Below, one piece after another: positions 33,081-44,529 of a DNA stretch of 64,000 nucleotides. Under the pieces are notes generated by a model. It was not told the origin of the DNA. It ran no database searches and saw only the letters and a list, made by a program, of their open reading frames with translations. Origin of the DNA: Trypanosoma brucei (taxonomy: Eukaryota); assembly GCA_000002445.1 (NCBI GenBank), contig CM000207.1:480001-544000 (forward strand), read 5' to 3'. Each line of letters opens with the position of its first letter. Position 1 is the first letter of the stretch. The translations under genes were made by a program, and so were the position numbers.

Positions 33081-33725
33081 TACATTTTACAGGTATATAA
33101 AAAACGCGGTAACTACTCACCCCTATAATGACGGTAAAGAATCATTAAGGAATAATGAGGACCCCATGACCCAATGCGCGAGGAAACCTTCAACAGGTAT
33201 ATAAGGTGTGGGAAACATCCACCAAGATACCGCATCAATTGCATAAAATACTATCACCATTTAATCCTCACCATCCATTTCGTGGACCACCTCTTCAATA
33301 CCCCCTTTCCCTCCTCTTCCTCCTCCTCCCACGTGGCACACGATGGTTACATGGGTTAGGAGGGAGAGACATAAGGAAAGAAAAAAACAAACAAACAAAC
33401 AAACGTACCAACAAAAAATCATACAATCAAGAATATCATGCGCTCACTCACCTTTAAATACATATGTCCACATATATACATCAACATGAACATAAGGGGG
33501 TGATACTGCATCAAGGCAACAAAGCGGACACACAAGCACTAATTAGAATTTGGGTATTTGAGGGTGTGGACGAAGGAAAAGAAAAAAAACAAGAGGAACA
33601 AAGGAGAAGAAAGAATAACAATAAAATTAACTGCTTTTTTTTTTTTTGGTGTTCTAATACTGTTGCTGGTGGGCCCTTGTCGGCATTGATATGGGAGGGG
33701 GAAGGGGACTTCAAGATAGTCTAGT

Positions 33726-34358
33726 TTAGCTGTCATGTTGCTTGGTAATAACTTTCCCCATCTTGTGGTCAAGAAATAACGTTGCTAACGGGGTACCAGA
33801 GAGAAATACATTACATTCCAAGAAACGTTCCGCGTCCCCCTCTTCAGCACCGCATTCTTCATCCTCAAACGCAACTTCAAAACCTTCCTCTTCATCCTTG
33901 CCGTTTAGCAGTGGCTTCCACCCCGACCCACGGAAACGAACAACATGTTTGGTCGCATTACCGTCACTTCCAGGACCCGAAGACAGCAGAGATAAGGAGG
34001 GACCTCTACCGTTATCGCGCCCTGCAAGCCTCCTGAGAGAAGCGACCTCGTTATTTTCTTTTGATGGAGTTCGTTCTGCAATACTGGCGGCATCAGTTGA
34101 GGGTTCCACAGCTAATATAGTATCCAGTCTCTGTTCCGAGTCGCCAACGGTTGTATTTTCCGGTGACTCGCATGATGTAAATGCGGGGGACTCGCTGTCC
34201 GAAACTGTGGTAGGCTTGCGGCCTGAGCCGCTTTGAGGAGACATAACGGGAGCCGTACCAAGGGGAGTGTTGATGGGTAAATTAAAACGTCTGCGAACCC
34301 AGTCGGGCATGGGGTGCCATGTGAGGCTATTGATTATATCCTCCGCGTAATACGGCAT
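33726..34358 (-). CDS. hypothetical protein, divergent family member C (210 aa)
   Basis: Contains HPMPDWVRRRF, HVVRFRGSGW and LFLDHKMGK. It is a more divergent paralogue. Confidence 0.5.
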   Translation of the reverse strand: MPYYAEDIINSLTWHPMPDWVRRRFNLPINTPLGTAPVMSPQSGSGRKPTTVSDSESPAFTSCESPENTTVGDSEQRLDTILAVEPSTDAASIAERTPSKENNEVASLRRLAGRDNGRGPSLSLLSSGPGSDGNATKHVVRFRGSGWKPLLNGKDEEEGFEVAFEDEECGAEEGDAERFLECNVFLSGTPLATLFLDHKMGKVITKQHDS

Positions 34359-35915
34359 CTTTCGTAAGTTACTGACTCAATTTCGTATTTATGTAGGATT
34401 TTAAAAGGATCTTTGTATCACAGAAGGAATAAAAAAACAACAACAAGATGAGAAAAAGCAATCGAATACGTCTCAAAGCAAAGGTGACTCGCAAAGCGAA
34501 ATAGTCACGTGAGAGATGACAATAGCAAAAACGGTAAGAACCAATTTATTCTGTCAATCAGAATACGCCACCCACCGACCCACCCACCCACATATATATA
34601 TGTATCGCAACATGTTGGTTATCCTGACTCTCAAGAATTGTTACCAGCTCCTGCCAGACATTTCAAACCCTTGCATGAACAATAAAAACTTTCAACGCCG
34701 GCAGGCCAACCGCTTACCATCTGTATGGTTATATATCATTTTCACACACCACACGGGCATTAAGATGTCTTACAAGTATGTATTTCTCCGAGTGCCCACA
34801 CATATATTTATTGTGATGTACCAAAATGTGTGTATTATTGAAGCATAAATCCAATATGTGTAAAAGAAACAAATTCACTTTTTGTTTCACCGTAGCGAGA
34901 ACGTGCTAGTCGTAGTGTTGGTAAAGGGAAAAAGGTAAGGAAATGTAAGGAAATAAAGGAAAACAAAATAACACGAACCACACGGTTCGATGTCCGTACG
35001 TGCACATGTGCTCCACAACCACGAACGAATGATTAAAGAGAGCTTGTCACTCTTCAACTTGCCTTCTTCAAGAATTTGTCTCATACCTTCATCACCCCAC
35101 ACTGTCGCAATCATCTGCATCGATTCATTTGTCGGTGTACAGACGAAAAATAAATAAATAATAATAATAATACGAATCAAAAAAAAAAAGGCAGAAGATG
35201 GTTTTATGAGAACATGAATGTGTTTGGGTATTTGCGATATGTAAAGATAACAGAATGGCTTGCGACAAAATAAGATAGTTAAATATAAACGAACTAACTG
35301 AAATCCATCAGATCGCAAAACTTTTAATGTCGCGGTGTTTGGAAAATGAAGTTGCAGGTTGCATGCCTTTGTGTAGTTATTCCGTGTCCTTTAACAAAAA
35401 AAAAGGAGGAGGGGAAAACACTCACCTGTGTTGAATCTATTTTCCTCTCACCACTCTGACAGTAGTGAAGGGTATAACAACGAAGCGATGAGGCGGTCGC
35501 TGCAAAGCGGTGTGCGAAACAATCAGTTTAACAAGACTACAATAGGGGGAGGGAATGACGATAAAAATAATTCGAAGACGAACAAATAGACAAAAAAAAT
35601 AATGTTAGAACAGAAAATGAGTGAACCAAGTACATGTAAGTGGGCGTTAGCTACCCATAGGTCAGATGTTCCACATGTTAGAATGCAGCGATGGGACCAA
35701 ACAAAAGTTTTTCACCACCTCGAGGCACGAACCGCAGTCCTACCTAACACAAATTGCCATACAACACAAGGCACTGCGTGCAAAGTCACGCCATTTCCAG
35801 CACAAACCCCCGTTATCTCATTCGCTGGTAATCTCATCTCTCTCCCTTTTCTTCTTCCATACTCAAACCCCAAACACCCTCTCGAGCGTCCCACGCACGT
35901 TGTTCTTTACCCCCG

Positions 35916-37076
35916 TTAGATTTCACTGGGTTTCTGGACGGAGGCGACATTTTCATCTAACATTGTGGCGACATTTGCTACCTTTATATTTATTGCTGCT
36001 TGGCCGTTATCATCAGACGCGCCTGCCTCTCGTCGTTGGATAACCTTATCCCTCTCATAATCCATCATCCGGCGCAGTAGTTTACTGTAGCTTTCAAACC
36101 ATTGAAACTCCTTTGTTGTATAGTCACAGAACTTTCCTTCAGGGTTCATCAGGTACATGATGATGGAGTGGTCCACAAGATAGTCATCCTCGCTCAGTAC
36201 TGTCTCATCAGGGAGAGCAAAGTAAACGCGGTACTGACGCGCCACTGATTCCACTTCTTCCTGAGTGCCCACAAGCCCCAGAATCCGTGGGTTAAAATCT
36301 GCTAGATAATCCCGTATTTTCTCAGGTGTGTCACGGTGCGGATCGAGGGAAATAAATATGGGCTGCCAGTAGTCACGACCCACCTTCTTGTCAAGGTGTT
36401 GAACGACACGGCTGAGCTTTGCCATCTCCTCCGGGCACACATCAGGGCAGTTGGTGAAACCAAAGTAAATGTAGAGCCACTTTCCAAGAAAGTCCTTTTC
36501 AGTGTAGCGGCGCCCATCGACGCCAATTAATGAGAAGGGCCCGCCAATGCTTGGTCCTTCGGGGCTGTCAAAAGCCTTAACCGCACGTAACTTTGGGTCG
36601 AACCGCATTTGCTCACGCCGCACACGAATAGATATGACAACTGTTATAACTCCCAGAGAAAGGAACAACAAACCCCACAGCATCCACGCGGGGCTGTCCC
36701 GCACCTCAGATAACCGCTCACTAAGTTTTCTCCGTTCCGCCTCCTCCTCTCTTTCCACATATTCTTGAAAGGTAAATATCTGTGAGTCCCTTTGCTCCGC
36801 CACGCGAATGTGAATAGGTTTTTCCTTGTCCACAACGTCAATATCTTTTCCACCACCAGTGCCTCCAGTTGAGTGACGTCTCATCATACTAATGGTTATC
36901 ACATCAACCTGGTGAGAAACCGGCCGAGGAGACGCCGCCCGTATCGCCGGTGCAAATGAGGCGCTACTTCCGCATCGGTGCCTGAAAGCAACGCTGATGG
37001 TCCCGCGGTTCTGCAGTAAATTACAAGAAACACTGCAGTTGATCCCTAAATGGACGAGGTGTGAGCCGCGTATCAT
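35916..37076 (-). CDS. SCO1/SenC-family cytochrome c oxidase assembly copper chaperone (about 386 aa; an alternative start is MMRRHS at 36887)
   Basis: Has a thioredoxin-like domain with the CxxxC copper-binding motif in FGFTNCPDVCPEE and the conserved His in YLVDHSIIMYLMNPEG. A predicted TM helix (WMLWGLLFLSLGVITVVISI) lies N-terminal to the domain. Confidence 0.8.
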   Translation of the reverse strand: MIRGSHLVHLGINCSVSCNLLQNRGTISVAFRHRCGSSASFAPAIRAASPRPVSHQVDVITISMMRRHSTGGTGGGKDIDVVDKEKPIHIRVAEQRDSQIFTFQEYVEREEEAERRKLSERLSEVRDSPAWMLWGLLFLSLGVITVVISIRVRREQMRFDPKLRAVKAFDSPEGPSIGGPFSLIGVDGRRYTEKDFLGKWLYIYFGFTNCPDVCPEEMAKLSRVVQHLDKKVGRDYWQPIFISLDPHRDTPEKIRDYLADFNPRILGLVGTQEEVESVARQYRVYFALPDETVLSEDDYLVDHSIIMYLMNPEGKFCDYTTKEFQWFESYSKLLRRMMDYERDKVIQRREAGASDDNGQAAINIKVANVATMLDENVASVQKPSEI

Positions 37077-38900
37077 TTATTTTCGCACTTCCTCCTCCCT
37101 TTCAACTTTCCTTTCTCTATTCACGTGCAGTGAGGGCACCAATGTGCTTGCTTCAGTGAAGCGAAGCCGTCCCAAGATCAGTTGCTGGAGGTTGCAGACG
37201 CACGTGCACCGAACCACGGAGAATAATTATGTATAAATTGATTTATGTTGCGTGTGAGCGCGTCAAAGCAGTGGAAGAGAGATGCACTCTCCTTTTCCCT
37301 AGATGCAACTTTATACTCTCCCTTCTATTCTTAATACGTATGATGTAATTAACCTAAAGCGGCAGTGGCTCGGCACCAAAACAGGGGAGGGGGTGGGTAA
37401 AACGTGAAAGGTAAAAGGGGCAAAAAAGGAATAAATAGTACAACACACTGCAGAACAAAGAATTATCAAAAAAAAATGAAGAACAAGGGAATGAGGACGG
37501 CCGTCGAGGGAACAGAGTACAGGGGGAAAAGGATGTTAAGGGGTTCGTACACCTCATACAAGCTCCCAAGGGAAAGGGCTGAAGGCAGAGCTGAAAAATC
37601 TATATATATTAAATGCTCCTTTTTTTACTCCTTTCTTCTTCCCCCCTTTTTTCTTTTTGTCGTTTTCTCTTCCATTTCCGCTTTGCAATTCACTATGTTT
37701 GTGGTAAAACTGAAGCCGTGCACTCCAGAGAATGTCATACCATTTGCTGTTGAAACAACAACTGCTCATGAGAGAGATTGCAAATGAGGAATATGAAAAG
37801 TGAAAATAAAAAGAAACACCAACAGTGTCTCCCACGTTTGTCAGTGGGACTTCAACGGTTCCTTCATATTTCTCACAATCCATGGAATCCGAAACCCTTT
37901 TGACCTTTTCATAGTCGGTGGGTATGCCATATATGATGTATATATGCATGTATATGTATGTCCTTCATTTCGTATAAACAGTTTCACATCCTACTTGTTT
38001 CTTGCACATACATGGGTTCCCATCTTTTTGTTTTCACAGATACATTTTAAATCCCCCCTTCCTTCCTTTTCTTTCCGTCTCTTCTTTTTTTTTCTTTTTG
38101 AATTACTGTTCTTCTTCATTTATTTCACTTTTTGCTATGTTCCCTTTTCTTCTCATTCACCTATTCTTCCCTGAAAAAGAACAACTTTTCCCTGCATAAC
38201 ATTATTATTCCTGATATCATCCCCTAATTCGCTTTCATAGTCGCGGTCGGGCACACCTGTACATCCGACCACATTATGGACTCCAGCGCCCCACCAGAAA
38301 CTAGCACAGATGGCTTATTTTGGTTTGGGTGAAGTGTTCAGCATTTTTTTTCAATCCTGGAGAGAATCTCTTTGCTTTTGCTTCTCCCCCATGCACATGT
38401 ACACACGCACACATATATAATTAGAACAAAAATAAAAGAAATACAGATACTTTTCTTCTTCCTTTTTCTTTCCGCTCGATTCAACGGCATGTTTAGTTTA
38501 CCTCTCCTCGCCACATCAGAGGCAAGTCGATCCAATCGCGCTCGACCCCAGCGTTACTTTTCCTTTTTATTATCTTCCTTAGAAAAACCTATGACGACTC
38601 ACTCTTTTACTGCGGTCTTTTAGGTTCCTTCACGTTCTGGGTTCCGCTTCAAAACTTAATACCTCCCAGCGCACAGAAGTGCCAACACGGGCAGAACAAA
38701 CCCGAACGTTCTGACAGCCACCGAGTTACCCATAGTCTGTCTCACTTCCCCCATAGCCAATAGGAGGAAAAGGACAAATCAAATCTGAAAGGGAGACAAA
38801 AATGCATAATACATACAAGAATCTTCAATAATACATGCGCACATTATCCACGCGACGTACCGCCTCCAGTCACATTAGAGTCAGTAACAGTTGGAGAGGT

Positions 38901-41183
38901 TTAAGATGCCTGTTGCACAGATGCATCCTCACTGCCAAGTTCCTCAACATCATTGATACTTGGCTCATCGGCGCCCGGAGCGGCTCCAGCCGCAACGTCA
39001 TTGAAGCTCAGTTCCTCAAGTTCCGCACTCGGGAGTTTGTCTGCTGGATGTTCTGCCGCTGTGGGTGCCTCACCCTCAGGGCCCGGGATATCAGAGTTGG
39101 AACCATCTGATTTCGGGGAGTCACCACCACCCAATTGTTTCATCGTTCCCGCCAGCACTTGATCCCTTCTCACAGCGGATGCCTGTCTCGACGAAGTCTG
39201 CTGTTCTCTCCTCCCACCACGGTCAAAAAAATCATCAGCTGCTTCATTATAACCAAGCAGCGCATAACCGTAGCGCACAGCAGGATCATAGTCACACCGG
39301 ACTTCAGCAATTTCCACGCACGGTTTTCGATAATCTTCATCATCTGTATAGCCATAGTCCTCATCACCGAAGTCTTCCAAAGTCTCCACCAAACCGCTTC
39401 CGGCAAAGTTCAACTCCCACATCCTTTCGCGTCGCAACTGAACCAACCACTCGTCAATACGCAGCTTGCTCATTGATTTCGTCGTTCCACCAGTTAGAGA
39501 ATGGTAGAAGGCACAAACTGTTGGGAAGGCGCAACGCTCTAGCAACGCCTGGAGTTCCTCCTTAGGGGTGCTCTTATCGTGCTCCGTAGTGAACGACGCC
39601 TCCAGTGGGTAACCCTCAAAAGTTAGGTTGGTGAAATTCTCTTTCGGCAATCTGAGTGTCGCAGATGCGTCCTCCTTAAAAGCAGCGTCCAGATATTCAC
39701 GGTGCTCCTCATTATCAAGCACTTCCTGCCACTTATCTCCAGTGAAAAATATGTGCAGATCGGAGTACACTGTGTTCTCAATCCGGCGGCGCTTCTCCAG
39801 ATACAGTTTGTCACGACCAGCCTTCTCCAAGCAGCGGCGCCGCCACACCGTCCTTTCGTGTCGACGATCCACATCCGTGAGGAAGGCATCAAGTTGCCGC
39901 ATCTCCTCCTCATCATCTTCGGTGAACAACTCCTTCTTGCTGAGCTCCTCCATGCGTAACTGCAGTTCGCGCTTCTCCTGGTCATCCCGTTCCTCGGCAG
40001 CGAAGAGAGCCTCAAGTTCGTCAATGTCGTGCAGGTCGTTGACGGTGCGAACTGTCTGCTGCATCTTCAGTACTTCTTCAGGTTGTAGTTGAACATAGAC
40101 GGGAATCTCCTTACCCAGGAGCGTCTTGCTTTCCTTCGGCCCAAAAACAAGTAAAACGCTGTCGAGTGAAACAATATCACTCACAACGCGACCGTTCGTT
40201 GTGCGTTGTACGTAGCATCCTTCAACATTGATAGGTTCCTCTTCATCATTTAGTAGATTAAGTGGTTCTTCACCAATCAAAGCCTGCTTCTTTTCGGAAA
40301 TTTGCACCCCTAACATAGCAATCATCTCACGCAGTCCGTTGACCTCGGTGATAAGAAGAGCTTGTTCTTGGAGTTGAGCGAAGCAACCATCAACGACGCG
40401 TTCCTCCGCCTCCCGAGCTCTTGAACACGCCATCTGCACATTCAGCCACCTCCTAATAACAACTGGAAGTGGAGCACCTTGTAGCGCCTGTGAAGATGCG
40501 CCCTTTCTCTTGCTTTCTTTCAGCGATTCGGCGGGGACCAACGCAAGCTCATTCTTTATCTTCTTCCGTTGCAGTTTCGACAGCGGTGCGACCGTGCAGT
40601 CAAGTTCCATTATCCGCCCAACAAAATCACTTTGACGCATGACAATCTGCATGCTTTCCCAACTTCCATTATGATCCTCTTGTAGGGCAATCATGAGCGC
40701 GCGGACAAGTGAAAACAGTTCCTCAGATGGTCGACCCGCTGAACGTAATTCCCTCCAACTGCGCGCGGGTACTTGTTCAATCGCGGCGCGAACTTGATCA
40801 AGCTCCACCATTTGCTGACGAGTGAACGCCGCTGCAATGGCCTGTTTTTCTTGAGTTACCTCACGGGCACGGTAGAGCCGTTCAGAAGAACGATCCTCAT
40901 CCTCCACCAGCTGCTGGTATTGCTGTTGGAGCGCTTTCAGCTCGTTCAGCCCATCAAGACGATCCTGCTGCACCGCAAGTTCACCCAGTTTTTCGTCATA
41001 CGGTTCAAACCCACCAGGCACGGCATCGACACGATCGAACAATTCGACACGAACGTGCTGACTTGTGGGCAGTCCGATAACACGAGCAAGAGTATTGCTC
41101 CACTCATAATCACCGCCAATCCGTTCCAAGCAAATGTAGTCACTTACATTGACCTCCAAACACGATCTGTTCATTCCCGTCAT
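38901..41183 (-). CDS. hypothetical coiled-coil protein, copy 1 (760 aa)
   Basis: A long ORF. Its N-terminal ~570 aa are nearly identical to the 42177..43916 ORF. It has an acidic, serine-rich C-terminal tail that is unique to this copy. Confidence 0.7.
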   Translation of the reverse strand: MTGMNRSCLEVNVSDYICLERIGGDYEWSNTLARVIGLPTSQHVRVELFDRVDAVPGGFEPYDEKLGELAVQQDRLDGLNELKALQQQYQQLVEDEDRSSERLYRAREVTQEKQAIAAAFTRQQMVELDQVRAAIEQVPARSWRELRSAGRPSEELFSLVRALMIALQEDHNGSWESMQIVMRQSDFVGRIMELDCTVAPLSKLQRKKIKNELALVPAESLKESKRKGASSQALQGAPLPVVIRRWLNVQMACSRAREAEERVVDGCFAQLQEQALLITEVNGLREMIAMLGVQISEKKQALIGEEPLNLLNDEEEPINVEGCYVQRTTNGRVVSDIVSLDSVLLVFGPKESKTLLGKEIPVYVQLQPEEVLKMQQTVRTVNDLHDIDELEALFAAEERDDQEKRELQLRMEELSKKELFTEDDEEEMRQLDAFLTDVDRRHERTVWRRRCLEKAGRDKLYLEKRRRIENTVYSDLHIFFTGDKWQEVLDNEEHREYLDAAFKEDASATLRLPKENFTNLTFEGYPLEASFTTEHDKSTPKEELQALLERCAFPTVCAFYHSLTGGTTKSMSKLRIDEWLVQLRRERMWELNFAGSGLVETLEDFGDEDYGYTDDEDYRKPCVEIAEVRCDYDPAVRYGYALLGYNEAADDFFDRGGRREQQTSSRQASAVRRDQVLAGTMKQLGGGDSPKSDGSNSDIPGPEGEAPTAAEHPADKLPSAELEELSFNDVAAGAAPGADEPSINDVEELGSEDASVQQAS

Positions 41184-41796
41184 TTACCTCAATACTCGCG
41201 TATGGTTTACTCCACGTTGACACGCGTGGTCACTACCCTCGCAGCCACGTGACGCGCACGAGGAGTTTTAACAATAAAAACTTGATAACTCTCTCCTCTG
41301 CTACTTACACTCTCAAGTAAAAAATTAACACAAACTACTTCCTACCTATTACAGTCAGTGATATGCTTAAAAAGATTAATACCTTTATTCTCTTTTCCTC
41401 TTGTCCTCAGGTTTACAGGAAAATACGAAAGGAATCAATCAATCAATCAACATATAAAGAGGATCAGCATCAACACGCATGCAACAACATGATCATCCAC
41501 GAAAAAACATCACCAAAATCACGAGCAGCCGCAGCTACAATACACACACACAAACACACAGATGCGCAAAAACGTACACCGATACCACCTTTCTATATAT
41601 GTCATAAAACAAGCAGCAACAAAAAAGCAACAGAAAAGACACAAACGCACACAAACACACAGAAATTTAAAAATGTTAAAAAACAAATCCACATAAAAAA
41701 CAGCAACAATATATATGCAAAACAGCACAATCAGCACCAACGTACAGAAGCAATATAAAATATACAAACAACAAAAGCTACACACAAAAAGTCAGT
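39476..41796. repeat. tandem segmental duplication, unit 1 (about 2.3 kb, period 2733 bp)
   Basis: Near-identical to 42209-44529. It covers the 5' ~1.7 kb of the gene plus ~600 bp of upstream A/C-rich spacer. Confidence 0.85.
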
Positions 41797-42176
41797 AAAG
41801 CAAATTAATACGTCATAAACACATAAAACAAACAGCGTAATTGCCGACACATGACGTCACCACAAAGAAGCCGAACCAGATCCAGTGGTAAAGGAGAAAT
41901 CCCATGAATTAGGGTGGCAAACCAAAGATACAAGCAAGAAAGGTGTATAAAGATTGGATACACTTCCAACGCTAACACCATCTAACTGTGAGAAAACAAT
42001 CAGAGGTGCAATTCAATAAGAAATCGCCTGCAGCAGGTAAATAGCATTTTAAAAATGAAAATGCAAAATTAACAAATGAAAGGTTGCAAAGTTACGTAAA
42101 ACTGTTAAACTACAAGCGGTATTTAGGAATAGAAAAAAAAAATTACGACACAACGATAAAGAAACTTTTCAAGGAA

Positions 42177-43916
42177 CTATCCATCAACGTCCTCCCCTTC
42201 CACTGATTCCGTCGTTCCACCAGTTAGAGAATGGTAGAAGGCACAAACTGTTGGGAAGGCGCAACGCTCTAGCAACGCCTGGAGTTCCTCCTTAGGGGTG
42301 CTCTTATCGTGCTCCGTAGTGAACGACGCCTCCAGTGGGTAACCCTCAAAAGTTAGGTTGGTGAAATTCTCTTTCGGTAATCTGAGTGTCGCAGATGCGT
42401 CCTCCTTAAAAGCAGCGTCCAGATATTCACGGTGCTCCTCATTATCAAGCACTTCCTGCCACTTATCTCCAGTGAAAAATATGTGCAGATCGGAGTACAC
42501 TATGTTCTCAATCCGGCGGCGCTTCTCCAGATACAGTTTGTCACGACCAGCCTTCTCCAAGCAGCGGCGCCGCCACACCGTCCTTTCGTGTCGACGATCC
42601 ACATCCGTGAGGAAGGCATCAAGTTGCCGCATCTCCTCCTCATCATCTTCGGTGAACAACTCCTTCTTGCTGAGCTCCTCCATGCGTAACTGCAGTTCGC
42701 GCTTCTCCTGGTCATCCCGTTCCTCGGCAGCGAAGAGAGCCTCAAGTTCGTCAATGTCGTACAGGTCGTTGACGGTGCGAACTGTCTGCTGCATCTTCAG
42801 TACTTCTTCAGGTTGTAGTTGAACATAGACGGGAATCTCCTTACCCAGGAGCGTCTTGCTTTCCTTCGGCCCAAAAACAAGTAAAACGCTGTCGAGTGAA
42901 ACAATATCACTCACAACGCGACCGTTCGTTGTGCGTTGTACGTAGCATCCTTCAACATTGATAGGTTCCTCTTCATCATTTAGTAGATTAAGTGGTTCTT
43001 CACCAATCAAAGCCTGCTTCTTTTCGGAAATTTGCACCCCTAACATAGCAATCTTCCCACGCAGTCCGTTGACCTCGGACAGCAGCGCAGCTATTCGGTC
43101 ATGTTTCACAACCAATCGATCAGCGACGCGTTCCTCCGCCTCCCGAGCTCTTGAACACGCCATCTGCACATTCAGCCACCTCCTAATAACAACTGGAAGT
43201 GGAGCACCGCGCAACAATTTAGGGAATGAGTCACTCTTCCCTCTACGTTCTTTCAGCGATTCGGCGGGGACCAACGCAAGCTCGTTCTTTATCTTCTTCC
43301 GTTGCAGTTTCGACAGCGGTGCGACCGTGCAGTCAAGTTCCATTATCCGCCCAACAAAATCACTTTGACGCATGACAATCTGCATGCTTTCCCAACTTCC
43401 ATTATGATCCTCTTGTAGGGCAATCATGAGCGCGCGGACAAGTGAAAACAGTTCCTCAGAAGGATTGTTTATATTCCTAATAATCCTCCAACTGCGCGCG
43501 GGTACTTGTTCAATCGCGGCGCGAACTTGATCAAGCTCCACCATTTGCTGACGAGTGAACGCCGCTGCAATGGCCTGTTTTTCTTGAGTTACCTCACGGG
43601 CACGGCAGAGCCGTTCAGAAGAACGATCCTCATCCTCCACCAGCTGCTGGTATTGCTGTTGGAGCGCTTTCAGCTCGTTCAGCCCATCAAGACGATCCTG
43701 CTGCACCGCAAGTTCACCCAGTTTTTCGGCATACGGTTCAAACCCACCAGGCACGGCATCGACACGATCGAACAATTCGACACGAACGTGCTGACTTGTG
43801 GGCAGTCCGATAACACGAGCAAGAGTATTGCTCCACTCATAATCACCGCCAATCCGTTCCAAGCAAATGTAGTCACTTACATTGACCTCCAAACACGATC
43901 TGTTCATTCCCGTCAT
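42177..43916 (-). CDS. hypothetical coiled-coil protein, copy 2 (579 aa). It is C-terminally truncated or replaced relative to copy 1.
   Basis: Matches copy 1 at offset 2733 bp. The ORF ends ...SLTGGTTESVEGEDVDG at the duplication junction. Confidence 0.65.
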   Translation of the reverse strand: MTGMNRSCLEVNVSDYICLERIGGDYEWSNTLARVIGLPTSQHVRVELFDRVDAVPGGFEPYAEKLGELAVQQDRLDGLNELKALQQQYQQLVEDEDRSSERLCRAREVTQEKQAIAAAFTRQQMVELDQVRAAIEQVPARSWRIIRNINNPSEELFSLVRALMIALQEDHNGSWESMQIVMRQSDFVGRIMELDCTVAPLSKLQRKKIKNELALVPAESLKERRGKSDSFPKLLRGAPLPVVIRRWLNVQMACSRAREAEERVADRLVVKHDRIAALLSEVNGLRGKIAMLGVQISEKKQALIGEEPLNLLNDEEEPINVEGCYVQRTTNGRVVSDIVSLDSVLLVFGPKESKTLLGKEIPVYVQLQPEEVLKMQQTVRTVNDLYDIDELEALFAAEERDDQEKRELQLRMEELSKKELFTEDDEEEMRQLDAFLTDVDRRHERTVWRRRCLEKAGRDKLYLEKRRRIENIVYSDLHIFFTGDKWQEVLDNEEHREYLDAAFKEDASATLRLPKENFTNLTFEGYPLEASFTTEHDKSTPKEELQALLERCAFPTVCAFYHSLTGGTTESVEGEDVDG

Positions 43917-44529
43917 TTACCTCAATACTCGCGTATGGTTTACTCCACGTTGACACGCGTGGTCACTACCCTCGCAGCCACGTGACGCGCACGAGGAGTT
44001 TTAACAATAAAAACTTGATAACTCTCTCCTCTGCTACTTACACTCTCAAGTAAAAAATTAACACAAACTACTTCCTACCTATTACAGTCAGTGATATGCT
44101 TAAAAAGATTAATACCTTTATTCTCTTTTCCTCTTGTCCTCAGGTTTACAGGAAAATACGAAAGGAATCAATCAATCAATCAACATATAAAGAGGATCAG
44201 CATCAACACGCATGCAACAACATGATCATCCACGAAAAAACATCACCAAAATCACGAGCAGCCGCAGCTACAATACACACACACAAACACACAGATGCGC
44301 AAAAACGTACACCGATACCACCTTTCTATATATGTCATAAAACAAGCAGCAACAAAAAAGCAACAGAAAAGAAACAAACGCACACAAACACACAGAAATT
44401 TAAAAATGTTAAAAAACAAATCCACATAAAAAAAAGCAACAATATATATGCAAAACAGCACAATCAGCACCAACGTACAGAAGCAATATAAAATATACAA
44501 ACAACAAAAGCTACACACAAAAAGTCAAT
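42209..44529. repeat. tandem segmental duplication, unit 2
   Basis: See unit 1. Its upstream boundary (44529) coincides with the stop codon of the giant repeat gene. Confidence 0.85.

Noticed and set aside
41363-41758. 131-aa plus ORFs at 41363..41758 and 44096..44491
   Set aside because: They sit in the duplicated A/C-rich intergenic spacer (caaacacacag...). They are homopolymeric His/Gln/Lys translations, on the opposite strand to all genes. The spacer is better read as a 5' UTR and SL-acceptor region.
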